A stretch of DNA of 57,029 bases, the filler included, from Sphacelaria rigidula (lineage: Eukaryota), in the NCBI GenBank assembly GCA_964200075.2. It is 4 parts of 4 records of this genome, joined end to end, with 100 filler letters (N's around TTAATTAATTAA, not from the genome) between each part and the next. Parts side by side here need not be neighbours in the genome. Positions count along the whole stretch, not along the records: positions 1 to 14,187 come from CAXNAA020002404.1; 3 more parts are not named here. The stretch is one strand, 5' to 3'. A program made the position numbers and the translations under genes. The notes under the pieces were generated by a model. That model saw only the letters and a program-made list of their open reading frames with translations. It was not told the DNA's origin and made no database searches. The first letter of the stretch is position 1. Each line of letters opens with the position of its first letter. Of this stretch, positions 1 to 11,823 are shown piece by piece.

Positions 1-420
1 CAGGGTACTGCTTGCATCCGTCAGCATGACGGCTGCTGCCGTTGGCATCGGCGCCAGCGCTCGCGGCCACGGCAAGATTAATTTAGCAAGAAGAGAAGCT
101 GATGCATACTGTATACAGTAGTTCGTCTTCAGATTCCAAAACAAAAAAAAAGACTGCAGAACTGCCATGTTGTCTTCTGTTCTGTGTAGTACTTTGCACT
201 CCATACACCACTGCACAGTTATCTTGTTTTCAGTGTACTACCCTGTACTCCATATAATGGCGTCATGGTTCCAACAGTTCTTCGAAACTTTCTCCTTGTT
301 TTTTCAAAAGTTCTCCTCGTTTTTTTAAAAGTACTCCGAAAAAAACGAGAGTGTTTTCTGTACAGAAATCTGATGCCGAATCTGGAATAGCCTGAGACAA
401 CAACCAATTTGAAAATTGGA

Positions 421-793
421 ATTGGGGATGAGAAACCCGGGGAAGTAAAATCTTCGTATCCACACCAAATCTTCGAAATATGGTTCCATTTCTTCACTTA
501 CTGATAGCTTTTGACAACTACTAAACGCCATGCAAATTTGGATCTCGATGGCCGAAATGTTGGGGCCCTAGGTGAAATACCAATTTCGGAACCATTTTGG
601 CGTCTGTTCAGACACCCAGAATTCCCCAAAATTGTTTTTTCACCTAGGACACCAACATTTCGGTTATCGAGATCCAAATTTCTATGGTGTGTGGCAGTTG
701 TCAAAAGCTATCGGTAGATAAAGAAATGGAACCATATTTCGAAGATTTGGTGTGGATACGAATATTTTTTTCTCCGGGTTCCTCATCCCCAAT
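421..793. mobile_element. Fold-back (palindromic) MITE-like element with ~170-bp imperfect arms
   Basis: Left arm attggggatgagaaacccggg...ttcgtatccacaccaaatcttcgaaatatggttccatttctt is the reverse complement of right arm aagaaatggaaccatatttcgaagatttggtgtggatacgaa...ccgggttcctcatccccaat. The mirror ORFs 498..704(-) and 511..717(+) give near-identical peptides. Confidence 0.8.
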
Positions 794-3700
794 AAGAGAT
801 CCATCCCCAATTTGTAACATCCCGAGTTTACTCGGTCATTACTCATAATATTTCATATTTTCAAATCTTTCGTGTTCGCTGTGTCGTCCTCCCCGTCACG
901 GTGCTTCTTTTCGAAAGGGATGCGTAGTAAATGGTCAGACGACTAAGGCAAGCAACTAATGAGTACCCCGCCCCCCCCCATGAGCTGCGGCTGTGTAGAG
1001 TTCTAATGCACCACATACTCATGAAGTAGGCTTCCTGTGACCAGCATATTTTAAATGTCGGCGTAATTAGCAAGAGAAGGGCGCGATGCATCGTAGAATA
1101 TTCCATGATTTTGCAAATTGCGTGCATAGTTCATGGGGCACAGTGGGTCTCTGCACTACGGTACAGTGTATCTTGCACTGCTGCAGCACGAGTTTATCGT
1201 GCCCGCCACAGTCACAACCGAGGAGGCCCTCCCCGTCTGTTTACATGTGGCATTCACTGTACGGGGGAGGTCGTGCATTGGACTTCTGTCCTGTAGTGAC
1301 ACCAAAATGTTCTTCCGTTCAACGACACGAGAAGTAACGCGGAGCGAGCGGTAGGACCCCTCGCGTGTTGTGCGAATATCATACTTGCAACGGTTCAGTG
1401 TGCGAGAAACTGGACAAAACAGCGTATTTGAAATTTTACCTGGTGTACTAGTCATCTTCCTATACAGCAGGCGTGTGCACACATCAAAGGTACGCTGCAA
1501 TCAACCATGTACCGCCTTATGATCCATCCATACACCCTGGACATGAATGTACATAATTCGTGCTTCATTATTTTTCCATCCAACGACAATACAGGTGGTA
1601 TCGCACCAACAGCAAAAAAAAAAACTCCGCGGGGAACCAACACGTCCTTATGTTTTCCACGCAACCAGTCCAACACTACGCATATGAAAATACACCCTGA
1701 AACCAACAGGAATAGATGATCAAAGCTTTCAACATGAGCGCACATGCATGCCACATTTGTGCGACTCATTTATACGGCAACGGCGCATTTTTCTCATCCC
1801 CCTCGCCTTCAGCCGAGCACATCATTATTGACCCATGCCCTATAACCATTACATGCCTAAATCGTATTCCAACTTCCACGTCACCCACCACCTCTCCACC
1901 CTCGCAACAATGGCAAGCGGGACAGGCGAAGCGAACGATATGTACCCTTCGTGTACACAATACTGCGACTCTCTTCCCAAAGCATTTGATTCTTACTTCG
2001 CGCGGTCGGTGCCACAAGATTCACCCTCAACTCAGTGCAGCAAAGCCACGACCCAAGCAACAAAAACTGTCCCGGAACTGTTTCCTACTGGCCTCTTCCC
2101 CCGTCTCGTCACTCGGGAACCAGAGAGAGAATCGGAGATTTTCAACCACTTCTTGTACCATAGAATCTACGAATCTACGCTAACACACGGTGAAAAAAAC
2201 ACGGTCGGTTCCCTCTTCGAGCCAGCACGGCGTGCCTAGAACACATGTTTATCCTCTCTTGTCACAAACTTTCAAAGCAAACTATAACGCGAAGCAAACC
2301 CCCCCCCCCCCCCGGACACCAAACAATAAGGGGGTTCGCTCAACGACGCTTTCAAAACCCGCACACTTGAAACTTTCGGCATTTATTCCATTCCTCCTCT
2401 GCTCCTTTTTTGTGACTCACTGTGCAAATGAGTACACGCCACGTGAAACAAACTAGACAAGAACAGGAGGGGAACAAGAAGAAGGAATAAGACACAAGAA
2501 AAACACGCCAATCTTCTTCTCTCAACCGCCCAGATTCATAATAGCAAAAGCATCACCCCCCTCCCCCCTGCGCGCGCAACCATTTCACCCGTACTCTCCG
2601 ACCTCTACATTTTCAACCTTCGACCTTCCAAATTTTGGGACACCAGTAAGTCTTCTCCATCCGTTTGTATTCGCATGGAAACATGCCGACAAAACGACAA
2701 CAATTTCAAATCATTCCCAACACACCGCTCTCCGCTTTCAAACCAACAAAAGCATGAGATACTCCATCTCCACTTCCCTCATTTCTTCCACTTCCCCCCT
2801 CTCGATCAACGTGCCGAAAACAACCGTCAACGGGGTACTTCCTAGAAAGCACCCCCCCCCCCCGAAGGCATGGAACGCTACGAGGAAAATCGGCACAAAC
2901 CACAACCGTCCCCGCCAAAAGACATGCTTCCCCTTTTGCTGCCCTTTCGAACCATTCAATTTCCTTTTTTTGTGTGTGTGACCCCTGCATGTCTCTGTCC
3001 GCACGCTACGAAAAGAGCGAAGGGCGCCAGTGACAATTCAACGAAAATAACACGACCATCATCGACATATTTACAACAGTGAGACGCGAGGGTTACGATC
3101 CTCGCGGCAAGACGAGTTCAAACCACCAAGGGCCGGCCGAGAGGAGAGACAAACACAAAGTCACTGAAAGCCGAGGGGGCACAAGACCGCAAATCAAACA
3201 AAAAAAGGAGCCTCAGCAAGCATCACTGGCCATGACCCCCCTCCCCCGCTCCTCAACTCCCATTAACAAACACGACGACACCATTTTTCCAACACACACG
3301 GGACACAAGTAGGTGTTGTGTGAACGAGCTACAGTATATAGATGCAGTAGATGCAAACATCGCTCGTCGTACACCAATCACTCCGTAAACCCAAACGCAA
3401 CAGCACGTTTCCCGGAAAAACTCCGCCATAACCTACCGCACGGTTCATGTGCATTTTTTCTTCCTTCCTCCTCTTCTTGTCATTTTTCTGGACCTTTGTA
3501 AACGCAAAGCACAACCACAACAAACGGAGGGAAAGATACACTAGTATACTCGACCCATCTCGCCCCGAATGCACGGACACTTCCAATATCCTGCACCTAA
3601 GCTACTACACCTTGCCGTTTCTCCCTTCGACCACTCGGTCACCTTCCCTTTGTACATTTTGGCATCTTGTCCCACGCCGCCCCCCCCAGTTATTTTCTTT

Positions 3701-4351
3701 TCATCATAGAGAAAAAGAAAAAAAACGCCCCTTACACGCAGGTATTTCTCCTGCTCCCCTGTGTCATCGGTTGTCTCTTTCGACGAACTTTACTGTTGTG
3801 CAGTAACGCAGCCCCCGGCGGTCTTCATCTCATCCCTCCATCCCACCCAACGAAGTATGAGGCGTGCGGGACGCAACAACGTGCTTCGAATAATATATTT
3901 GAAAGCAGGTTTCGAGTGTGTCACGTACCGCGGACCGCACCACTCCCCCCCGCCCCTCGTCACACACACGATACCATCACCAACACACGCGCGAGGGACA
4001 ACAAGGCACACGACTCACCAAAACCGGCGGCCCATCACTCCTCCCCCCCCCTGCATCAAACAAGAACCTATTGACAGCAGGAACCTAATTAAAAAATCCA
4101 ATACGTACGTATAACAATCTCTCGGTATCCTTGCGCGTGTGCTACTGTATTTTTAGTTTGATTGATGAAGGGGCGCGGGGGGGGGGAGCCTTTCTCATTC
4201 CTCATGCCGCCAGCTGAGCTCCAATACAGCTGGTTCCAAGGGGCAGGTTCTTCGCTCGTTCTCATTTGTCGTTCCGGCTTAGTTCCTCCTCTCCGGTGGC
4301 TTTGCGTGTGCTACCGGTCGTACTCCATACTTTACATCCTGCATGACGTAT

Positions 4352-7300
4352 TTACATCTGGAATCCGCCGTCGATTCCGCCTTCGTCATTCTCCACGCTG
4401 TCTCGTGTGGGGAAGTCGTTCTCAGGAGCTGATGCCTCTAGAATGCGCCTGCAGTCGGGTGTTACATATCGGAGGAGAGTCAAATACTGGCGGATACTGA
4501 CTATACTGGGTAATCGGTCGCCTACTACTGGCGGATACTGGCGAAACTGGATAATTTAGCGCCGAGGTGATGAACTCTCATGTGTGATGACATCTCAACA
4601 TCACCATGAACGAGGGGAAGGTGCCACCTCGTATGTAACGCAGGAAATGTTGTGTTCGATTCCGAGTTTCAGTACGCATCGCACGTAGCACATTGTCACA
4701 CCTTCGACAACATACGGTCGATAGTTGCAATACGTGATTGTTGCCGTAGTGTCGCGACGCGGGTGTATCCTCCATCGTCGCCCTCCTTCTCCGGTAGACA
4801 AGAAACGTACTGCATAGAGTATCGTCATATTGCAACTATTGGCTTGAGGGAATATGTCGGCAGTCACACCACCTAGAGTAACACGCTCAATATTTCCCCT
4901 TCAAGAGTAATCGATTAATTCATCCAATAACCAATCACACTCACCTGCGGCGTTGCGTGACTACGCTTTCCTCCATCTTGTCGTGCAACCTCTCCTCCAG
5001 GAACTGTCTGTTGAGGGCGAGGTGGTCATCCTTGGTCATCATCATGGCCTGCGTGCGTATACCGTGTGAAAACAGGCGAAAGAGGAAAACCGCGATCACA
5101 AACAAAGATGCAAGGTCAACAGCAGCAAAGGAGATGAAGCCAGCCCAGGATGAGACATGGGATGCGTGGTCGTCTGACCTCGACAAACTCGTTCGAGATG
5201 AACCCCCTAGTTTCACCTACAGGTATACATCTAGGAGAGTAGGGTATAATTCACCACAAAACTTTGTTGTGACTCTCGGGGAAGTACGACAAACAAACAA
5301 AAAAGGAAAAAACATCCTGAACCTTGCCTAGAGCAACCGGTGAGGGTTGCTGAGGAATCAAACACACAAAGTGACGACGGTTGGGCACCATCACAGCAGC
5401 GACAGCCGTCGGAACAACTGTACTGCTGTTGCGGCCGCCGCAACCTACTCCTCATGTGCCCCTTGTTCTGTGGTGGCCAACGACGCCCGACATCTACACA
5501 TTCGTGAACCTGTCCACGGGGGATCTCTTCCACGGTGATTGACACGTGCTGCACGAAGAAACGCAGGGAATCGTTTCTACCGCGGGCACGGGGCCCCGAA
5601 CTGTAGGCGCACATATGGTCCCCACAAACACCCGAAATCTTTCACGTCGTTCCAATAAGCAAGGGTCAGACGATTTCATGATTCGTCTGGAAAATACTTG
5701 ATTTTGGTGTTACTGATTCGTACCGTATCAATCAATCCTTGAGCTTTGTTTTCGGCGTTGCAACCCAGGTACGCGCACCCCAGGCCCGTGGAATGGCGCA
5801 AAAACTGCGTCAAGTTTCTTCCTCATCAGCGGTCAGCTTTTTCCCTTCCCTATTTGGAGCACTCAGGTTTGAAAAATCGTGGATTTGGTGATTCGAACCG
5901 GCGATGATTGGTCCGAACCATGGATGAAAGCCAAGTGCACCGCTTGTCTTTACCCTCACCTCGGTCACTCGGCTGGCCTCGATGCTGCGGAAGCTCATGA
6001 TCTGGCTTCCGATACGTCCGGGGTCGATGACGCGGTTCTTCTGAGTTCGGGGGTCCTGGATGAGCAAGATGGGACCATCCAGGATGGCTTCCATAAGCTC
6101 ATTGCCCTGTTTTCGTTTTTATATTTTTGTCAAGCCATTTGTTCAGCTGTCTTCCGAGTCGTTGTTCTCGTGAGGCAATGAATGGAAAAACATACGGATT
6201 TGACTCGTTGTTGTCCGAATAGAGATTTAAAAAAAAAAGTCTCAATGCGTCGAGACTTGGCTGCGTCACATCACTTCGAGGAACAAACCGCAGGAAATCC
6301 TTTCGTCTCTCGTCTCCAAAAAAAGTCTTGAGAGGACAGGGCACCACAAGCACCCGGGTAACTTGGGCGAAAAAACGGCCAATATGTGTCAACCCATACG
6401 TTTAGTCAAGTGTTGGCATACCCGGGCACACCACGTCAACGAAGGAATGCTACACGAGGAAGAGACTGACCGATCCAACACCACTCACTCATCCGTAGCG
6501 ACACATACATTCCGTTACCAGACTGATACTACCGATAACACTGTATACTGTAGCTGAGAGGCACAAAAGGTACTTGACATATAGCCGACTAGGTGAAGCA
6601 AACACCCTCCTCAGAACGCCAACACACCATGATACGAATAATACGACGGCGAGACGTAACGTGAAAGTGATGATGAGATAGCCTCCTGCGTGCCCCCACC
6701 CCCCCCGCACGCCTGCCGTCGGACGCCGTAACCCCCCCCCGGTACACGAGAGGANNNNNNNNNNCCCCAGAACCCCAACACACCATGAAACAAATAATAC
6801 CACGGCGAGACGTAACGTGAAAGTGATGATGAGAAAGCCCCCTACCCCCCCCCCCCCCCTCGGAGAAGTGACTTGTTAGAGGACGTAAAATCCACGTGTA
6901 ACCAAAATGACAACAGCCGAGCATATTGAACAGTTGGGAACTCCTGCGTTGGGGGTCATTTTCGCCGATGTCACCAACACATACGGGGCGCTTCATGCAG
7001 TCTGTAGTCAGTAATCAGTAATCAGCGATCATGCGCTAAATGACCTGTCCTGTTCGACACTTTTGGGTTTGGTTCGAACATGTACTCATGATCACGCATG
7101 CCATAGTCGTAAGACCGTTGACCTCGCATCCCTACAAAGCCGGGACGGAGCACGAAGCGCCGTGGTGTGTTTGGCGAGTCGCATGAAGGGTGAGCTGCAT
7201 CCTGCCAAGATTCTTCGGCCCGTAGCCTACTGACTCATCTTGCATTGTGGATGACAGCCTTCAACGAGTTGCTTTATTCTCTGGTATCGCCACTCCCTCG

Positions 7301-10300
7301 GACAGGCACGGCTTATACACTGCCTCATGGGTGCCTCACCATTTGAATACTACGTGGTACGATCATCCTCATTGTGCGGAGTTGAGGTTCTCCCACGCCC
7401 CACAAGGTGATCTAGCTCGACCACCATTATGGTTACCGCAAAAAAAAAAAAACGCAAGTGCGCAAAAAACAGACGGTAACCTGATTGCCTAGCTACTGCA
7501 GTGAGTGGCGTGTTTCATGACGTCATCGCCTACAGACGCCACCCCATCGGGGGTCCGCCCCTACAAAGCCGGGGGGGGGAGGGGGGCTACCGCGGCATCA
7601 CTTTTGACGGCAGGTCGAAACACGCTTGAAAATGTTCGTTTGTTCGAACGCACCTTGAGATTGGGACCGTCTTCGAGGTCGTTCTTATGCATGAACCTCT
7701 CCACCCAGTTCAGCGTGTAACGGTCGCCGGATATCCTCAGCTCGGAGCAGTAGCTGCTGATGGCCGCCTTCGTGATCATATCCAGCAACAGCTTGTAGTT
7801 CTTGCCGCGGTAGGGCGAGCTCGTGTTGTTGAGTGGGTCTGCGTCGCACCCACACACGCACGCACGTGAACACAGCACGTCAAGTGGACGGAAATATGAC
7901 CATACAACCAGTGTTGGTGCTTCACTAGAAAATGACCATCGCGTCGAGGTCAGGGACTGTTGCAGGGCACGACACGGTGGCGGACACAACAACAGTCCTG
8001 AGCCGCGTTTGGGTTCCTATTTTTGGTGGGAGACCGCGCAGTCGGGGGTGATCGGGGTTGATTTCAAGACCGAAAACACAATCCCAGACTCGCAACAGCC
8101 CCCCAGGTCATAGTTTTCCCTTCCTTCTCTCCGTGTTGTGTAAATAGTGATTCTATCTACATTTTATTTCTCATCAAATTATTCATCGCACTTTGAACCC
8201 TTGCCCTTTCTTGGGGCAAGCCCGTGGTCTCGAGCGAGGAACCCATCTCCTCCCGGTATATCAAGTAAATAGATAGAAACGTCCTAGTAATGGTATCGAA
8301 CACCTTGAAACTGAAACCAATACAAACTCTTGATTTCAAATATCCAGAGTGGACTATATTCTCAAGAAAAGATTCACAATAATAAACTAAATGTTCACAT
8401 ACACAAATGTTCCTGAATTTCTCAACTGATGGTGAAAGTCCATCTACATGTATGAACAAAAAGCATCGCATTCGACTCTACCGACTCTTCGGCCTCTCTA
8501 CATGCTACGCCCGCCCGTCTCCAAGCGATTGGCTAGATGAGCAGCGCTTGCTGACGAGGCGTTTACTTCCCTCGAGGGAAAAAAAAGAGAGAGCAGGAAA
8601 TCCACTACTACTAGTTGACTTTGTCTCCCTCACCGTGATCGAAGACCATCCTCCTGTCGCGCTCGGCTGTTTCCTTGTCAAGACATATCGCGTCCTCACG
8701 ATGCCTCTCCAGCTCCGAGTTTTCAGCGGAAACGAGTTCTAGATCGCGGATCCACTCTTGGGAGATCTGCTCCCTGATCTGCTTATCCGGTACGTTTCGA
8801 TGGCCACAGGTGAACACATGGCAAGGAGCGGGTGAATAATCGCCGATTCGGACCATGAAGTCTTCGACCTCTCAACTTACCCCTGACTGATCGAAAAAGG
8901 AACAACAAATAGTTCACCGCAGATCATAACATTCTCTCGCGCAAGCTTTGCGCTATTCCACGTGCCTGAGGTGCAGCGCTAAAAACAAAGGAAGAGGGAT
9001 TTCTTCGGACGGTATAAATCAATCATCTACACTGAAATCAAGAACTTGGCAGATGAATCATGATGAAATTGTTCGAGTCGACTCTTGATGATATGCAGGG
9101 TATCATGACTACACTGCAACGATAGGTCATCGCTGGTCCACCATGCCCGGAAGTTAACTCCAAAGGCTCATGAGGCCACCGAATCGCATCGAGACTTGAT
9201 AAATTCTTGCCGTGATATAAAGACAGTTCTTTACCGGCGGCTAATTCCGCTGCCTTGGCTCATTTGTCGGCTTTGGCTTTGGCAATCTTGGCTGAGATTT
9301 CCGTGAGAGACAGTTCGATCACCACCTTTTTTCTGCCTAAGCTGCTTAGCAGTATGTCTAGCGGCTACCGAGAGGGGAAAGAGAGGGGGGGAGGAAGTGT
9401 CTTTGCCTCCAATGGTCGTATGACCATGGCATGCATCATCATGACTCCGCCCCCCCCTCCCCCCCCCCCTCTCCCCGTCTTCAAGGGCAAGCGTGGTCAA
9501 TGGTCGAACGACCAAGGCAAGCAATAAATGAGTACTCGCCCCTTCCCCCCCTGCCCCCCTCGGCGTTATTGTTCAGGATGAAGAGAGGACGGCCGCGTAA
9601 ACTATACCGTCAGGATTACCCTGTACTGGTTTCAGAGGTGAACGGCCAACAGCCAACTGCCCGTTTCGTAATTTGGATTTTTTTAAATATGTGAGCCGAC
9701 ATTTATGGTTTTGGCAAATTCGTTTCGTCACAGAATATATTTTGGACTGTGGCTCATTGTGTGCTGCAAGACAGCAGCAGCGCCACAAGAATGTTATCGG
9801 TAAAAACTGCACAGTAGTCACGCATGCACCCCGGAGCACCAGCTGCAACGCCGCAAGATATTATGCGCTATCGCTTTAAATCTCGCATCCGGTTACACAT
9901 ATCCAGTGACATGTTCACGTCAGCGCAGCACAGGAACCACAAGGGACCGCGTTAAAACGAACGCACCTGCATCAGTTTTTTGACAATGGTCTGCGGCTCG
10001 ATGAGCACCGTGTACTCCTTCGCCGCGCGGTTGGCTTGAAGAAAAGGATTGTTGCCCGACCTCCCGCGAGGCCGCTGAACCAGTCGCCGTACAAGGATCT
10101 CCTCCGGTTCTTGCCGCATGAGCCGACGCATGTGACTTATTTTTTGTCGTTTTCCATGATCGATGCAAAAACGGTGGAATGGTGGCACTTCAGAGAGACA
10201 TAGTGAGCTACGGGGCGGACAGCTGATGAAAAACAGACCGCGCGCTGGGGGGAGGGGAACGATATTTGCACGCGAGTACCGTAGCAGACTCTATCATCCG

Positions 10301-11823
10301 AGGTACGGTGTATCAACATCTGAGAATTCAGGCTTCTCGGATATGATACGACACGCACGAAATTTCCGTCATGCCAACAATTGAAATTTTCATTATTTAG
10401 GCACATCAGCCCGACCTCTCGGGCACGTGGTCACAGACGTCGGATGGTGCTTCCAACACCGACCCTGCAATTCCTCACGACGAATTGAGCTCTCATGAGT
10501 TCTTGTGACAATTGATTAGAAAAAAGGAAGGCCGACGTCAAACAAAAACTAAGGCAGTTGCCCTAAAGAGACGCAATTACTGATTCACGAGGAAAAACCA
10601 TCGTATCAGAAGGTGATGAACACGACGCTACAAGAGTGACAAGACACAATAAACTCGCAATAAATTCCATGTTGCATAAATGCTACTGCAACGCTGACAC
10701 ATGAGAGTCCGAAGGCACTCACTCTGCCCAACCGATTTCCTGCACTTCTCCGTTGGCTTTTGTGTGCGCCTTCAGCCACTGGGGTGTGAGATCGTCGCGA
10801 AACTCCAGCCAGTAGTATACTACACTCGCAATGGCCGCTTCTGAGAGCATATTCTTCACAGCCCTGTCACAACATGAATTAACATTCACCAGACCATACC
10901 AAACGCAGGGAGGGGAGGGGAGAGGGGAGAGGGGAGGGGGGGGGCGCACTCACTTATTGCTTGCCTTAGTCATTTGACCATTGACGACGCATCTCCTTCG
11001 AGACGGAGCACCATTCCTACTCCTGGTTGCGACACCTCCAACATTTGGGCGTTCATTACGTTTCTATTCAACACCACACAAAAACACAAAAACCTCCAGC
11101 ATATCTTACACCCTGTACCTTTCCTGATTCGCCGTCTGCGGCCACCATCCATCTCCTGGTGTAGCGATCGTTTTCTCACGAACGTCCCATTTATCAAACG
11201 ATTTCAGGCCACCTTCGTCTACTTCCCACGTTTCCCCCCACAACACATCCCGCTCCTCCATGCCCAGTCCACCTTTCGCCACTATATGAGTTATACTCTC
11301 AATCGCCGCGCCACAGGGGCAGATTTGCACATCTACTTCCTCCTCCACTCGACTACTGGTATACTTCTTTGTGCCAGGTCCAGGTCCCTCACCCGAGCGG
11401 AGGTGGGATGTACTCATGAGCGGAGGCGGGGGGGAGGGGGAGGGGGAGGGATTGAACATAGTGTCGTCTAAACAAATCTGGAAAGCGTATGCTGTCCGTC
11501 GTGCCGCGCATGTCGACAGCAAGATTTCGATAGTTCCGGGAATTACGCGCGTAGAGAATACAGTACCCGAGAATCGTGCTACCAAAAATAAAAAAGAGTG
11601 CACCAAGACAAATCGACAGCATCTGCCATACAAAAGGCGCTGCTTCACACCATCGCTTTCCGTCACCGCCGGCAAAGACGTATTGCTTAATTTTTTTTTT
11701 TCTTTCGTCCCCTCTTACCGTCGCTTCAGCTCTTCGGGCCCCCCGCTGTCATCACTGTTACCCCCACCCCTTGTTCGAGGAGGGTTCAAGGTCACCATCG
11801 ACAGCCCATGACCTCTACCCGAC
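4352..11823 (-). CDS. Multi-exon gene, 5' end unresolved; uncharacterised protein with two tandem RbcX-like helical repeats
   Basis: Exons on minus: 11823-11719, 10863-10723, 10135-9967, 8778-8634, 7838-7654, 6106-5960, 5048-4945, 4448-4352 (TAA). All introns are GT..AG and phase-compatible. Spliced peptide: SGRGHGLSMVTLNPP...RAVKNMLSEAAIASVVYYWLEFRDDLTPQWLKAH...GWADHMRRLMRQEPEE...RGRSGNNPFL...IEPQTIVKKLMQIREQISQEWIRDL...SSPYRGKNYKLLLDMITKAAISSYCSEL...NWVERFM...GNELMEAILDGP...IDPGRIGSQIMSFRSIEA...GGFQM*. The gene structure is seen directly; the product label is inference. Confidence 0.85.
6612..6842. repeat. Local direct duplication (~75-bp core) either side of a 10-N gap
   Basis: cagaac(g/c)ccaacacaccatga...acggcgagacgtaacgtgaaagtgatgatgaga occurs at ~6612 and ~6768. 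Confidence 0.7.
7081..7343 (+). repeat. Dispersed repeat R1 (intronic copy); reverse-orientation copies at ~12910-13048, ~13994-14086 and ~38097-38407
   Basis: Core gacctcgcatccct..aaagccgggacggagcacg is shared by all copies; gcatgaagggtgagctgcatcctg...gcctactga...gagttgctttattctctggtatc is shared with the 38.1-38.4 kb copy. Confidence 0.8.
10950..11412 (-). mobile_element. 5'-truncated non-LTR retrotransposon (LINE) 3' end, in an intron
   Basis: Minus-strand peptide ...KKYTSSRVEEEVDVQICPCGAAIESITHIV... resembles a LINE ORF2 C-terminal Cys/His knuckle. The 3' terminus aaggcaagcaa(t/c)... is shared with short copies at ~915-966 and ~9480-9536. Confidence 0.65.

Noticed and set aside
1100-4110. 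Possible tyrosine-recombinase or other TE ORFs (e.g. SYRSLR, ORF 1835-2239)
   Set aside because: No convincing catalytic motif set and no consistent splice structure; cannot be supported from sequence alone.
5879-6181. Plus-strand ORF MDLVIRTGDD..., and similar plus ORFs at 4957-5331, 46871-47509 and 55221-55571
   Set aside because: Antisense shadows of minus-strand exons (candidate exon in the 55.2-55.6 kb case).
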